Source: Marsupella aquatica (taxonomy: Eukaryota > Plantae > Marchantiophyta). From it: DNA of 64,000 nt. The translations under genes were made by a program, and so were the position numbers. How positions within the stretch are numbered: the stretch's first letter is position 1; each line of letters begins with the position of its first letter. The stretch lies in contig OZ316893.1 in NCBI GenBank assembly GCA_973895155.1, positions 20,154,857 through 20,218,856 of the forward strand, in the 5' to 3' direction. This document shows, in pieces, positions 1 through 12,500 of the stretch. The notes beneath the pieces were generated by a model. The model was not told the DNA's origin. It did not search any database and saw only the letters and a program-made list of their open reading frames with translations.

Positions 1-697
1 GACGTAAAAGTAATGGCGTCAGGCCCTCCCATTTCGCTAAGAGCAGCGGTTCTATCGCCAGGGACGTTTTGAAACAGCTCGAGGGCATCGATATTGTTGA
101 GAAAGACGTGAAGGGGTAAGTGTGCCTTTGTAAATTTATTAGTAATGCTTGTTGGCCGCCAATAGTAGTCAGGTTTTTTATGAAATACGGGCCCCGTGGT
201 GCCAAAACTCTCGATGTCATCAATTCTCCCCTTCTGCGTAGTGCTTCCTCCTGTCACTCCTGTTCATGCCCCAGATCCCTTCTACTAGTGCTTCACCTAA
301 CTGTCGTCTTTGCTTGCTCGTTTTTTCTCGTTTGTGTTCTTGTGATCTGCCCGCAGCGGGCTAGTGGAGGAGATGTGGCAGTTTAATATCTCCCTTTGAG
401 TGTTTCTCCTGACCTCCTGTAGCCCGTGGCCTCCCTATTGTTCAGTTGTTATCCTTGTTTAAGTTATGAGCTCCAACATCATTTGCTAAATCTAAATGTC
501 ATGGAAATTGGATAAGGAAACTTACGAAGTAGGGAATGCATGCATGTGTTACTCCGGAGCTTTGTTAATTGTAAGGATCTCGTGAACTGATAAAGTTCCG
601 ACTGTGCGTTCTTTTGTGCAGTGGGAGGAGAATTACTTCCAATGGACAACGGGACTTGGACCAGGTTGCGGGTCGCATTGCTATCGCTGCTGCATAA
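1..697 (+). CDS. RPS19: 40S ribosomal protein S19 (eS19), last two exons (1-115, 622-697); 5' part lies outside the window
   Basis: Exon 1-115 reads [38 protein letters not shown], with a GTAAG donor at 116. After the TGCAG acceptor at 621 it reads [24 protein letters not shown] in consistent phase; typical eS19 C-terminus. Confidence 0.96.
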
Positions 698-2324
698 GTT
701 GTTGTCCCCACTGTATATGATAGGGTCTGAAATACCAATCTATCTTTCATTACCTTGGGTCCAAACCTCTGCAATTCCTTTCATCAGCACTTTAGAGTCC
801 GAAACATTAGAACCTGGACTCGGGTGGAAGAATTTACCTTGCCAGTCAGGCGAGCCGTCAACCCAATAGTGTCGAAGAAAATTCTTAAGAGTGTATGCGG
901 CAAAATCAAATGAAGAACACATGAGTTCGTTTGACCTTTTTTTCGAGGTATCTCATTTATTGGAAATTTGGCGAAGGTGCTGCAAACATATCCAGACCCA
1001 AGTGAGGAACTAAGCGATGCATTTGCTTACAGGTCTTGCACGATCAAGATGTATAATGCTTGAAATATGGATAAAAAGCAACCTTCGTAAATTACCTTTT
1101 GATCGATTCTTTCGACATGGGTGGCCGCTTCGAGGTGTCTGATCGCACCACGAATGTCATTGCCTTGTTGGAGGTTCGGATTCTCGAGAAATTTCTAAGT
1201 AAGTCAGATGTGTCCCATTTCTTTGAGAACAAGAGGGTCGTAAGTAGGCATCAAACAAGATCACTGCAATCGCTTAATTGTATTCAGAAATCTGCGTGAT
1301 CTACAGTGTGGTGAGTTGGAAATAATTCAAAAAATGCTTCTAAAGAAAATGAATAATTGAAAGGGTTCACAGCGCAGAAAAGCAGCGGATGTTGTCCTTC
1401 AAGTTATCGAGCAGTTTGGAAGATGAGCACCTTAGTGACTGAGCATCCGAGGGGTCACATTACAGATTGAGTTGTGGCAGGCAAATCAATAGGAAAATCC
1501 ACTGGGAGTCCAGGGCCATGGTCCGTCCGGCTCACGGGTTCACTCCAGACAAACCACTGGAGAATGAAGTCACCTGTACATCAGGTTAGTGTCGAGAGTT
1601 TGGAATATCTGGACAGCCGAACGCCAGCTTGGCAAAGTAATTTAGGCCTTCTAAGCCATCGAGAATGAAGTCACTCGTACATCAGGTTAGTATCGAGAGT
1701 TGGAATGTCCGGACAGCCGAACTCTGGATACTAACCTCATTCGGCCTTCTTTGAATTGCTGAGAGTCAGAGGAGTCGACGAGGCAATGGTTTTTATGCCT
1801 TCTATGAGTTGCTCAGAGGCAGAGACCTAGAAAATAAGTTTTAAGAACTGCTGGGCAGAACTGGCACACTTGGCTCATAGTTGAAACCTATCGGAAGGTG
1901 TTTAGGGTTCAGGGTTGCCTCTGCTTTAGGTAGAGAATTTCTTCAAGAGACCAACCTCTACAAGTTCAATGTTACTCCATCAGAAGCTTCAGGTTTATTA
2001 AGCAACTTTGGACATTCCAGATAGAATGTTAGAATTTTAGAGTCATAATCAACTCCAAGGTCTGTATCCAAGGGAGAAAATACGAGCCTCTGGAAACCAG
2101 AAGCGGTCTCAGCTCATCCCAAGATCATCCAGATTTTTAGTCTGAGGTGCCATTCCAAAGTAGAGACCGATGAGGTAGAATTCCAAGAAGAGACCGATCT
2201 CAGGACCAGTGCATCCCTCGGTACGTTATGGCCACAGAGCATGCTCCCTTGAGGCCCGATGAACCATTCCATTCCATATTCCATTTCACGGCTTTGAAAG
2301 TTTTGGCAGCCCAGTTGGCTGGTT

Positions 2325-2812
2325 CGAATGAGGTGCTGTGCATTGTCATTAAATTCTGTCCGTAGTCGTCCATTCTGGGATAGTGCCTTCGATTTGAATG
2401 GCTATCTGGACAGAAAGGAGAACAAGAACTGGCTATCTGGACAGAAAGAAGAATAAGAACTGGAACATGTTCCACAGTGAAAGCCTCGAACGAGGTGCTG
2501 TGCATCGTCATGAAATTCTGTCCTGTAGTCGTCCATTCTGGGATATTGCCTTCGATTTGAATGGCTATCTGGACAGAAAGGAGAATAAGAACTGGCTATC
2601 TGGACAGAAAGAAGAATAAGAACTGAAACATGCTCCACAGTGAAAGCCTCTGAGAGGTATTTGTGAGGACATTCTGGGATAGTGCCTTAGATTTGAATGG
2701 CTATCTGGACAGAAAGAAGAATAAGAACTGGCTATCTGGACAGAAAGAAGAATAAGAAGTTGTCTGGACAGCAAGAAGAACAAGAACTGGAACACGTTCC
2801 AAAGTGAAAGCC
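2325..2812. repeat. Higher-order tandem repeat: three ~130-165 bp units, each containing two copies of a 31-bp subunit
   Basis: GGCTATCTGGACAGAAAGAAGAATAAGAACT recurs 6-7 times; CATTCTGGGATAGTGCCTT..ATTTGAAT recurs 3 times. Confidence 0.9.
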
Positions 2813-3482
2813 ATTGTCATAAACATGAACAAAGTCTGGGCAAAGCACATGGAGCTTGCCGAGCACCACTACGAAGGCATCATCGGTTTCTGTCCGCGTC
2901 ACATTCCCCACTTTTTGACAGTCCTTCTTCCATGGATCAAGACTTCTGCAATCTCGCATGAAGAGTCGAATCGAACATGTCGTCAGTCTCCCAGTCTGTG
3001 GTACAACAAATCATCTTCAACGTACAGCTTCCCTTCCAAAGGGACTCAAATCAATAAAAAAATTGTGCAAATAAGGTTAGAAAGATACTCCCTTGCCTTA
3101 GGTAATGACAAAAAAAACCATCAGCTGAGCAAAAAAAGTATGAGAGGGACTTAAAGCATGAGTAGTCCACACCTCAAAGTATCAAATTCAATCTCTATCA
3201 CTCACTAGAATTGGTAGAAATTCCTTAAAAGATGTTAAGGGGGTGAATGCACTATATTGAAAACTGAATGTAGTGGGGAATTAGAGCCCTAGCATAGGAA
3301 GATAAAAAACCCTTAGAGGGGTGCCAAAGTAATCTAAAGTCTACATTATACAAGTGGTGCACCTTGTTAAGGCACATTAAAGTAAAAATATATGACAAAA
3401 AATCTTAGTACTAAGACAAAACATTGACAAGTGGATGGGCCATAAAGAAGTGTCAAAATTATATATCCTTCCATTATGCACC

Positions 3483-3780
3483 TCATAGGGAAATTTGGAC
3501 CCTCCCATTTTTCATAGTAGCACACTTTTGCCACACCCCTCTGCAGGCTGCCAGATCGATAACATACACTACCTTCTTTGATTGCGTCTTGTTGTACTCA
3601 TCACCGCCGATGACATAGAGCTTCCCATTGAGGACCAGAAAGCCACAGGACTTGGGAGTCCCACTACTTACACCAGGGATGGGGCGAAATCTATGCCACA
3701 AATCCTCCACCAAATCATACAAAGACATGGTAAATTGCCAATGGGCCTGATTACCCGGCCATTTCTTGATCTTAAATAGA
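3483..3780 (-). pseudogene. Kelch-repeat (F-box/kelch-like) gene fragment
   Basis: YDLVEDLWHRFRPIPG...CGFLVLNGKLYVIGG...VYVIDL...WQKCATMKNGR matches the kelch pattern (hydrophobic-GG...Y...W). Only about 1.5 repeats are present and no flanking exons are evident. Confidence 0.75.
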
Positions 3781-5637
3781 GATGAAGACCATAACAAATT
3801 TCATTTTTTTCTATGCTATTTTTCATTCATATTTGCCCCACCCTATTATTGTCCACCCTCACTTTCAGTTTTGTCCTTACTTAGAATAGTAGCCAGTTTT
3901 GTCTTGAGTGAGAGTTAGTCTAGAGGCTTCACTCTACACCACAACCCTGGAAAGTAGCTTTGCATTTATTAGTAAGGTATTGAATTGTTTCCAAAAGGGA
4001 AAAAAAAACTAGCTTGGTGAGATCTTTCTGATACTTTATTGATATGTACTCATGAGATCGATAGAAGCAATAAAATTAAAAGCCCAGCTCTGATGATTTG
4101 TTCCTCATTACTTGAGGAATGGCTCAACAAAGTATCCTTTTCTTTTGGAAATCACAAAACAATGATGTCATTGTGACCTGGGAAAACTGTTCTATCAAGG
4201 TAAGGAATAGACACAAAACCCCGCACAAAACATATTTGTTACTTAATAAGCATAACTTGACTTGGGCTTTAAGTATTAGAAAGATCTTGTTTGACATTAT
4301 CACGAGGAACGGCAAAAATAAAGAGAAATTGGAAAGGTTATGCATAATGTGCACGTGAACTCCCTACTGCAGTTTTGACACTAAGGCATGATTTTATTGG
4401 CAAAACCAAGACACATAGAGTCAGCTAGCTTTGGCTTAAGCTACATGCCTTCCTCTTAATCCAAGGGATTTGCTTGATGGATCACCAAATGAAAAATGTT
4501 ACTTGATGAGATCTTTGGAGTGTTGGGTACGTTGATATAAGGTCTATCAACCATCTGGATCACTTAGGGGTCATGTCAAGTAGTACTTTTGATTTTGGGG
4601 TCCCATTAACTCAATCTATTCATTAAAAGCAAATCATTATTAGATTCATTTAGATTAGATTAGATTAGATTGGACATTTAGGCAATAAAAAGTGTACATT
4701 TGGCTTCCAAGAAGTGTATATTTGGGAAAATGACAAAGGTGATGGCCATCAGATGAACTTCCATGTTCATCCTTTGTAAATGAACTAGGACGAGACTCCA
4801 TCTAGTAAAGATCCTTTTTGCCCCCTCAAGTTTACAATTGACCATTTAGGTGTAAAGTATTGTATTATAGTGTACATTTTGTGGTTAAATTTTTTATATT
4901 TAGAAAAAAAATTTGAACATTTATAAGTCTAAAAGTGAACAAAATAAAATACACTTTTCATGAATACTTTAAAATATCATATAATATCTTAAGTAATCCT
5001 CACTCTAAAACGGATTGAAATTTATTTTTAATTTTTTTGAGAAAGGGGCGCATAGACCCAAAGAAAAAGATGTGAGGATGTCGCTCTGTTGGCAAATAAA
5101 GACAAATAATACAAGAGTACTTTACGCCTGTGGTCAAATGGTCAGGATGTTGGCCAACAAATCACAGTGTCATTGTCCCCCACCACATGACCACAATGAA
5201 GGTAAAGTGTCTTCAGGGTTGGTTTGTGGTGGGGTTGGTACGTGGTGGGTCGAGATGAGGAGAGATTCATCCTTTATCCCTTATCTACCCTTCTTTTTTC
5301 CTTGATAATTGAGTCCCACTCCAATGGGTTGCCTGTTTTTGTTGGGCGCTTGGCCACTGACCCTACAAAGCTATGAGAAATAAATGTGGTTCTGGAGCAA
5401 GGTTTTTGTTCTCACACTTTTTGTGTTAACAAAGGATGATGCCGTTCGTACATATGAATGTTTTTGTCTTTTCTTGGTCATTACTCATGATTGGATGAAA
5501 TTAATAGTTCACAGGTTAAGGGCCTCAACTGATCTATTAGTTTCTTCTATTTTCAATTCTAATCAATTCTCTCTCATGGCCAGTCTGTGTCAAGTTTCTA
5601 CTTTATCCTTTAGGTCATACATAAAGGATAGAGCCAT

Positions 5638-6032
5638 TGAACATTTTCATTTGCTTAGGTGAACAGGAGACCTGCACTGCATTTTCCTACTCAAATGAAA
5701 ATGTACTTCGTGATTTAAGTGTGTTAAGCAGGCTTACTGTTCACCTAGGCAAATTATATTGTACTTGGGGATTTAAGTGTGTTAAGGCTTAATGTTCACT
5801 TACGCAAATGATAATGTACTTGGTGATTTTAAGTGTGTCAACAAGGCTTACTGTTCACCTAAGCAAGTGAATTACTTGGTGTTTTAAGTGTGTTAACACG
5901 GCTTCTTGTTCACCTAGGCAAATGAAAATGTCCTTGGTGATTTAAGTGTGTTGACAAGGCTAGGTAGTTTAAGTGAGGCTTACTACTGTTCTCGTAGTCA
6001 AATGAAAATGTCCTTTGTGATTGTTAACAAGG
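5638..6032. repeat. ~58-bp minisatellite (about 6 copies) preceded by an inverted partial copy
   Basis: Unit approx. CTTACTGTTCACCTAGGCAAATGAAAATGTACTTGGTGATTTAAGTGTGTTAACAAGG; 5641-5665 is the reverse complement of part of the unit. Confidence 0.85.
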
Positions 6033-9000
6033 CCGTGGTTAGGGTTTAAACTTTGGCCAGCTGAGTAGAAAGACTTGGAGGGAAACTTTTGCAAAAGGGG
6101 ACTTGACTTCAGTCTAGAATAATGGGGGCCTGGTCTGGAGGAAAACATTTGCCAAGGGGACTTGATTTCAGTATATAATAATGACTGTCGGGTCTAGGTT
6201 ACCAAACTATAACTCTATGACCAGAAAGTGAAAAAAAACCCTCAGACCTGAAAGTGAAGAAAAGAACCTGATCAACTGTAACTTGGAAGCTTTTTCTAAC
6301 TCTTGGAGAAGGTGATCAACAGTAACTTGGAAACTTTTTCTAACTCTTGGAGAAGGTTCAGCCTTGAACCCCTGCCCAGACATCCCTTATAGTAAGTAAT
6401 TGGTGTCCGGAAAAAGGTTAGTTCTTGTCATAGATTGTGTGAATAGCAAGTATCTACAAAAATGGTTACACAAAAGGGAATAGCAAATATGTCCCAAAAT
6501 GGTTACACATATACCTGCAAATAGAATAGAAATTCCCAAAGAGAATCAATTGGCTAGAAAGTATGTCCAAAAATGGTTACACACATGTACGTGCGTATAG
6601 AATAGAAATTCCCAAGAAGAACTAATTAATGGCAGTAGGGAGGACCGTGTTGAATTTGACGACAGATGCGCGAGCAGAGCAGCAATAGCGAATTGAATCG
6701 GAGAGATGGCGGGAGCGCTCGCATAATTGAGTGCCTGCCTCCACAGTTGCGCGCGAGCTCAGATTTGCATCGCACCCTGCCCTGCACGTTTGTGAGCGAG
6801 GAGGGAAAATTGAAGACACAGAGAGTGGTGCATGTTACGCTAGCTTTAGAACGAGAAGACCGAGGGTCCGGATCGATGGTGATTTGTCAGCAGCGTCTGA
6901 GCAGATAGCGAGAGAGATGCATATTACGCTCGCTTTAGAACGAGCTGAGGGTCTGGATCGATGGTCATTCGTCAGCAGCGTCTGAGCAGAGATCGCGAGA
7001 GAGCGCTGCATTTGCATGCAGCGGCAGCGGCTGTTGTATTGCGTCGGAGCAGAGAATCAAACTGTACCACACAAGACGAGACGAACAACGAAGCGAGAGC
7101 GAAAGGGCTGAGCTCATCATTATCCGCACGCTTAGCTCAACTCCATCGTGTTCGACAATTTCACTTACGGGGGAGAGACGAGACGAGAAGAGCGTGACCG
7201 AAAGCGAAACTAATGCACGGAAAACATCCTACCTTTCTAGTGTAGGGACACCGAATCGGCGTAGAGAACAGATTCGCGGTCGGTGCAGAAGATAGATTCT
7301 CGGGAAATGAATCTGCTAGTATGATTGTGCCTCTGTCCTGAGCTTTAAGCGCATTGATTGCTCACATGATCACAAAGCGGGGGAGGAGAAGAAACTGCCT
7401 TGCGCTAGAGTCAAATGGCCCTTTTACCTGTATAATTAAGGACCGCGAATCCAATCGATCGGCATACAGCTCATGAGTCATACGTCCCTCCGGCATGCAC
7501 ACCGATGAACATCGATAGGCTACAAGATCGACGTGATTCCTGTCTACTGCAAGCGCTGCTCTTATAGCATACTTTACAATTAAGTGTTCGAGATCTACGT
7601 ACTCTTCAATATCCTGCCGGCCTACTTCCTGGGGAGAGAGCCTGGATTTCGTCGGCCTGCTGTTGGCGCGCGTTAGCCGCAACTAAAGTTGAGGCCATTG
7701 AGCGAGTGAAGGGCCTCAAGGAACTGAACAAACTCGAGGCCCTTCATACATGCTACATGCTACTGTGTCTGAGTGACGACGTTCAGGAGCTGTCGTCGTC
7801 CCCCATGCACAAACCGTAACATAAATGTACAACGGTTAAGTTCATGAGGTTCGACTGCGCCATTCCGGTTGTACTGCATGACTTGCGGCTGTTCCTAGTT
7901 TGACCACCCAACACTGAAATAGTGAAGTTACTGGGAAGAAATTCTTATGTGCCCCACAGCAGCAGTAAAGGAGCAAAATAGATTCCCTCGTCAGCTTGAG
8001 TCAGGTCGCGGACAGTAGAGAAGGAAAGACTGCTTCTGCTGCAGCAGCACAGTTGTAGCTCATCCGTCATCCTTTGCAGTTTCGGTCTTGGAGACGAAGG
8101 ACATGTAAACGACAGTTGCAACAATGCCAGAAGAAGGTGGTCCTTGCGCCATTGGAATCGGAAGATGGTTGTCTTTTCTGTAAATCTTGTGATGACTAAG
8201 GGTCAAGACGCACTGGATCGGGGTCAGCAAGTAAATCCCATGGGGGACATAATTGTCGTGTGTGGACTGCAACACGGTAAAGTTTCAATGCGTACTGGAG
8301 CGGGTATGATCGATGTCACGATTGAAATTAATCTCTTCAAGTGACTGCAAAGATTTTCTGTGAAGACTGGGCCTCTAGAGTTGGATGGGCACGCCGACGG
8401 GACGTTCCAAGGACATAGCTAAGCCGATCGAGAGCAATCGCGCAAAACTCGATCTGGTAGCTCTCGATCATGCTAACTTAATTTGAAGAAACAGTTGAAG
8501 GAAGGAGCAGAGTAGTACGTCTATCAGCTAGCCCTGACCGATCTTCAAACTTTCACAATGAGCAAGGTAAAGATGAACAACTCAGTGAAACGGACCTCAC
8601 GGAACTGGAGCGAAACTTGCGCGACAATGCAGTACAGCTGCCGGATGTGTTTCAGTGACGTACTATCGCCTGTCAGCAGAACTGGTCCAACAAAAGTGCG
8701 ACAATAATTTCGTGAACCTCACTTTTTCGTGTAAAGTTGGCGGGATAGCAAGCCACTAGTGTACAGTAGCTTCGCGCGAGTGCGTGCTCCCATGTTCCCC
8801 GGTTGAGATTGGGGGAAGGAGCAATACATTCGAGGACGACGACACTTCCTTAGTTGGGGAAAGCTGTATGCACGACGATTAGATGTTGTGTTGAAGCCGT
8901 CGTTATCACGAGACAATCCTGACATTGAGAACCGACCTGTAGAGCACGAATCTCCCGAGAGCGAGAAAAAGCGAAAGAGGTTCACTTGATTCATCCACAA

Positions 9001-9589
9001 ACCAGGAAAAACAACTAGATGGCTTATTATTACTCCGCCTTCCTGTCTCCTCAGTTAGTGCCTTTGTTGGGTGCCCTGCCTGTGTCCATCTGACCAATCC
9101 CATCCGTCATGTAAAGTGGCTATTGAATTCAAGCGTAATTAAGCTTATCATGAATAGAGGCCCGAAAGAGCGGGAGATGAGCTAAAAAGTCTGAGCTACC
9201 TCTCACAATTCAGTACGTACGGAAGGACAAAAGTAGCATCCATGGATTCAGGCCATTGTTGCTTGTAACGCACAAAGTTGTGTCCTGCAGTGCCGCATTA
9301 TTGTTGGAGATTTCTTACAATGTCAAAACGTGATCAGTAATGGCAATAATTCCCTAAGACTATAATGTAGTCACAAATTTCGGTTCAATTTCCTGAAACT
9401 CTATACTCATTTTTTTCTTTCCATCCTGCTGGAATGCGTTTTCTGAAAACCAGACGAGAACCCAGCTTGCCACGGGAAAGGTGGGCAACCGAGTCTCAAA
9501 CACCTTAGACATGCAGCTAATTACCTGTCATATATTGACGAGCAAAATTTCTCGTGTGTTAAAGAAATTCGAAATTCATGATGTTACAC

Positions 9590-12500
9590 CTAGTGCCAAA
9601 GGGAGGAGATAGCTTCTTCGAGCAAATCGTCTAAGATGCGTCGTTCGAGGTCCATGCTGACTCGCTCCGCAGCCCTTTGGACCTCTCGGGACGGGAACAA
9701 GTCCGTACGCTTGAACAAGTCTTCCGAGATCAAGTCCTCCAGGGATTGATGCAACTGAGCTTTGTCCATTGACATTGATCCATTCTTACCAATTTGGTCG
9801 TGAATGTCCGTCCAGATCTCCTGCATGAGAGCGCTCCCAGTGGGACGGGGTCGTACAACGGGTTTGGCCAGAGGTTCTATCCAGGGCCGTGGGAGACCAA
9901 CATAAGGAACTAACTTTTTAGCCAATGTCTCGTTCACCACGTCGAATATAAAGCAGCGATTCATGGTGTCAACGTTCCCTTGATCCTCGGCATCAGGGTC
10001 GAAGAACATGCGCTGGACGTATGCTTGCATGGTGGGGTAACGCTCTCGAGACTCAGCTAACTTAGTTAAGAATTGGGAGCCAGAGAACTTCTTGCCGAAT
10101 CTGTAAAATTCCTCGAGCTTCTCGAACAGGCACGGATCCATGGGCTCCGTTGTGGAATACCATTTGGTCATCGAGGATTTGTCTCTACCAAAATTGGAAG
10201 CGAGTAGAACATCCCGGATGTAAACCAAATCCCACTTGTTCTTCTCCACCCACGGAAGAATGCTCTTGAGGTCCAATGTCTCCAGACTAGTACAGAAATC
10301 CAAAATTGGGGCAGCAGGACGGGATTTTTCCAGTTTTTCATCCCGTACGCTAGCAATCAGCTTTGCCAATGGCTTCTTCTCTACCGCTTCAGACAGTGCA
10401 GGTAAAGGCGGAAGCTGCGATGCCTTTGGTGCCTGAGGTGCCAATGGCTTCTTCTCTTCAACCTCAAAAGGTGCACGTAAGAGCAATAACTGCGGTGCCT
10501 GAGGTACCTGAGGTGTCTCGACCGCCCTTCGTGTCTTTAGTATCGTAGAAGTGTTTGAGGACTTCGACTTCTCAGCTCTGAGCAGTGTCTTAGTATCAAG
10601 TTCGGTGACTACGCACCCATTCAGTTGCGCCTCCGTTTCCTTAATCTTCTCAAGTCTGGCTTTCTTTTGATTGCTCACTTCAGTTTTGGATTTACGAATG
10701 CGTTCGTGAAGAACTGCACATGTACAACGTCATTCAAACTATTAGATCTCAACCTCGTCCTTCCTGACATTGACTTGCACGAATTCGCACATGGCCATCT
10801 TGTCGACGCCACCTTATGTCAAGCGCACAGTTTAACAATGAGCCAGCTCCTAACTTATACGAATTCACACATATCATGTCCACGTACGCTACCTTATATA
10901 CAGCGGACAAGTGAACTGCGAGCCAGCTCCTATGGATCCTTTAGCTTCCGTTACTATGCCAGCCTGGTTTTTCCAGACATTGAAATGGATAGCTCTTTCT
11001 ATGTCTCAGAGGACCTGCTACAGAACTTCGTTTCTCCTGGGTTCTAATGGTAAGAATTGAAGTTAGCGAGTCTAATATAGTAGAAATCGGTATCGTGCAA
11101 ACAAGGCATATCCAGATCCTCTTAAAATTCACTGACCGTGAAGCTTGTGCTCGAGCGGGCTGAGACGATTGTCTTCCTGAAACGGAGTTCTCCTGTTATT
11201 GTAAGACAATACTGAGACCGGGCTGGGCTCTTCGATGCCACTGGAGCCGCTCACTTCCGAGCCGCTGTCATCGCTCCCTGGTGACGAAGGGCTCCCCACT
11301 GGAATGGCTGTAGATGCCGTTCTCTCCGGTGTTGCATTAGGACGGCATGATTCCTCGATACTCTTCACAGTCTACAAGATTTCAGTGGTCAGAGTTAATT
11401 CTTCACATTGCCAAGGTTCGAAACGTTAGGCGTTACTGTGGAAGGCGATCCGGTACTTTCAAGCAGACTTGCACGATAAAAAGTAGATCAAATCCCTTCA
11501 GCAGTACAAATCGAAATTTAAGGGCGGATAGGACGGACTATCAAACGCTATGTATCCTCAACGAGAACTTCTGACAATCGGAACTCACCGGCGACGTTGA
11601 GCTACGGGATTTGAGCTTAGCGATAATACTCTCTTTGACTGGTACATTTACACGGAGAGAATTGTTGAGAGGATGCTGTTGGACAGGAGCAGATGCAGCC
11701 GACTGCTCGGACACAGGGTTCACCCGTGTTGTGGAACTCTTTCCCTCGCTTAGTGATCGTTGCAGAACCTTCGGTAGATTCGACTCGATGCTATTTCGTC
11801 TTAGCGTTCTGCACGAAGTAGGAGACGAAGCTCTTGAAGATTGTCGAGACGCCGATTCGAGCCGTGCTTCGCTGGTATCGTCTAGATTCGCGAAGCTTAG
11901 AGTCCTTCTTAGGACCGGTTTCGAGTCAGATGATAGTGGTTGATGTCGATGATTCGGGCTACCTGGGACACTGAACGAAATTATTTGATTTTCTGCCAAC
12001 CTCTTGCTATTACGAAGACTCGCCTTCCTCTTCAGTTTGTCAATCATAGTACCCCCAGACATGCTCTCGTTGTCATCTGTCTCAATTGAGCGCAAACTGG
12101 ACTGACGCGAGAATTGCGGACTGCCACATGACGGAGAGTTACCACCGGAAGGCGATCGTTCTATTCCACTGTGTCTCTCAATTTCCCCACTGCGCAAAGG
12201 ACTTGAGCAGCTTTTCTCTGATGAACTATCGAAGCTGTGAGATCTTCTCAGCGAAGCCGTGCGCAACGCATTTGTTGAACCAGAAGATCCGTAGGAAGTT
12301 CCTTCTCTCCTGCTGGGAGATGGTTCTCTGCTTCGAGTCAAAGCTCCAACTGCATCTCCCCGGCCCGTGGGAGAAGGTTCCCTGCTTCGAATTGTAGATC
12401 CAAAAGCTACTTCTCTCCTTGCAGTAGGAGAAGGTTCCCTGCTTCGAGATTCCCTCGCCTCGTTTGGAAAATCTCGTCTCACCTCCCGTAGATTGTTAAT

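Noticed and set aside
2325-2812. CRISPR-like array (31-bp repeats)
   Set aside because: The intervening sequences are themselves repeated, there are no cas genes, and the context is eukaryotic.
6640-9500. Small ORFs or a peptide gene in a GC-balanced region
   Set aside because: No recognisable peptide motif (CLE, RTFL, RALF). It may be a long TRM 3' UTR (possible donor at ~9524) or a non-coding transcript, but this cannot be supported without RNA data.
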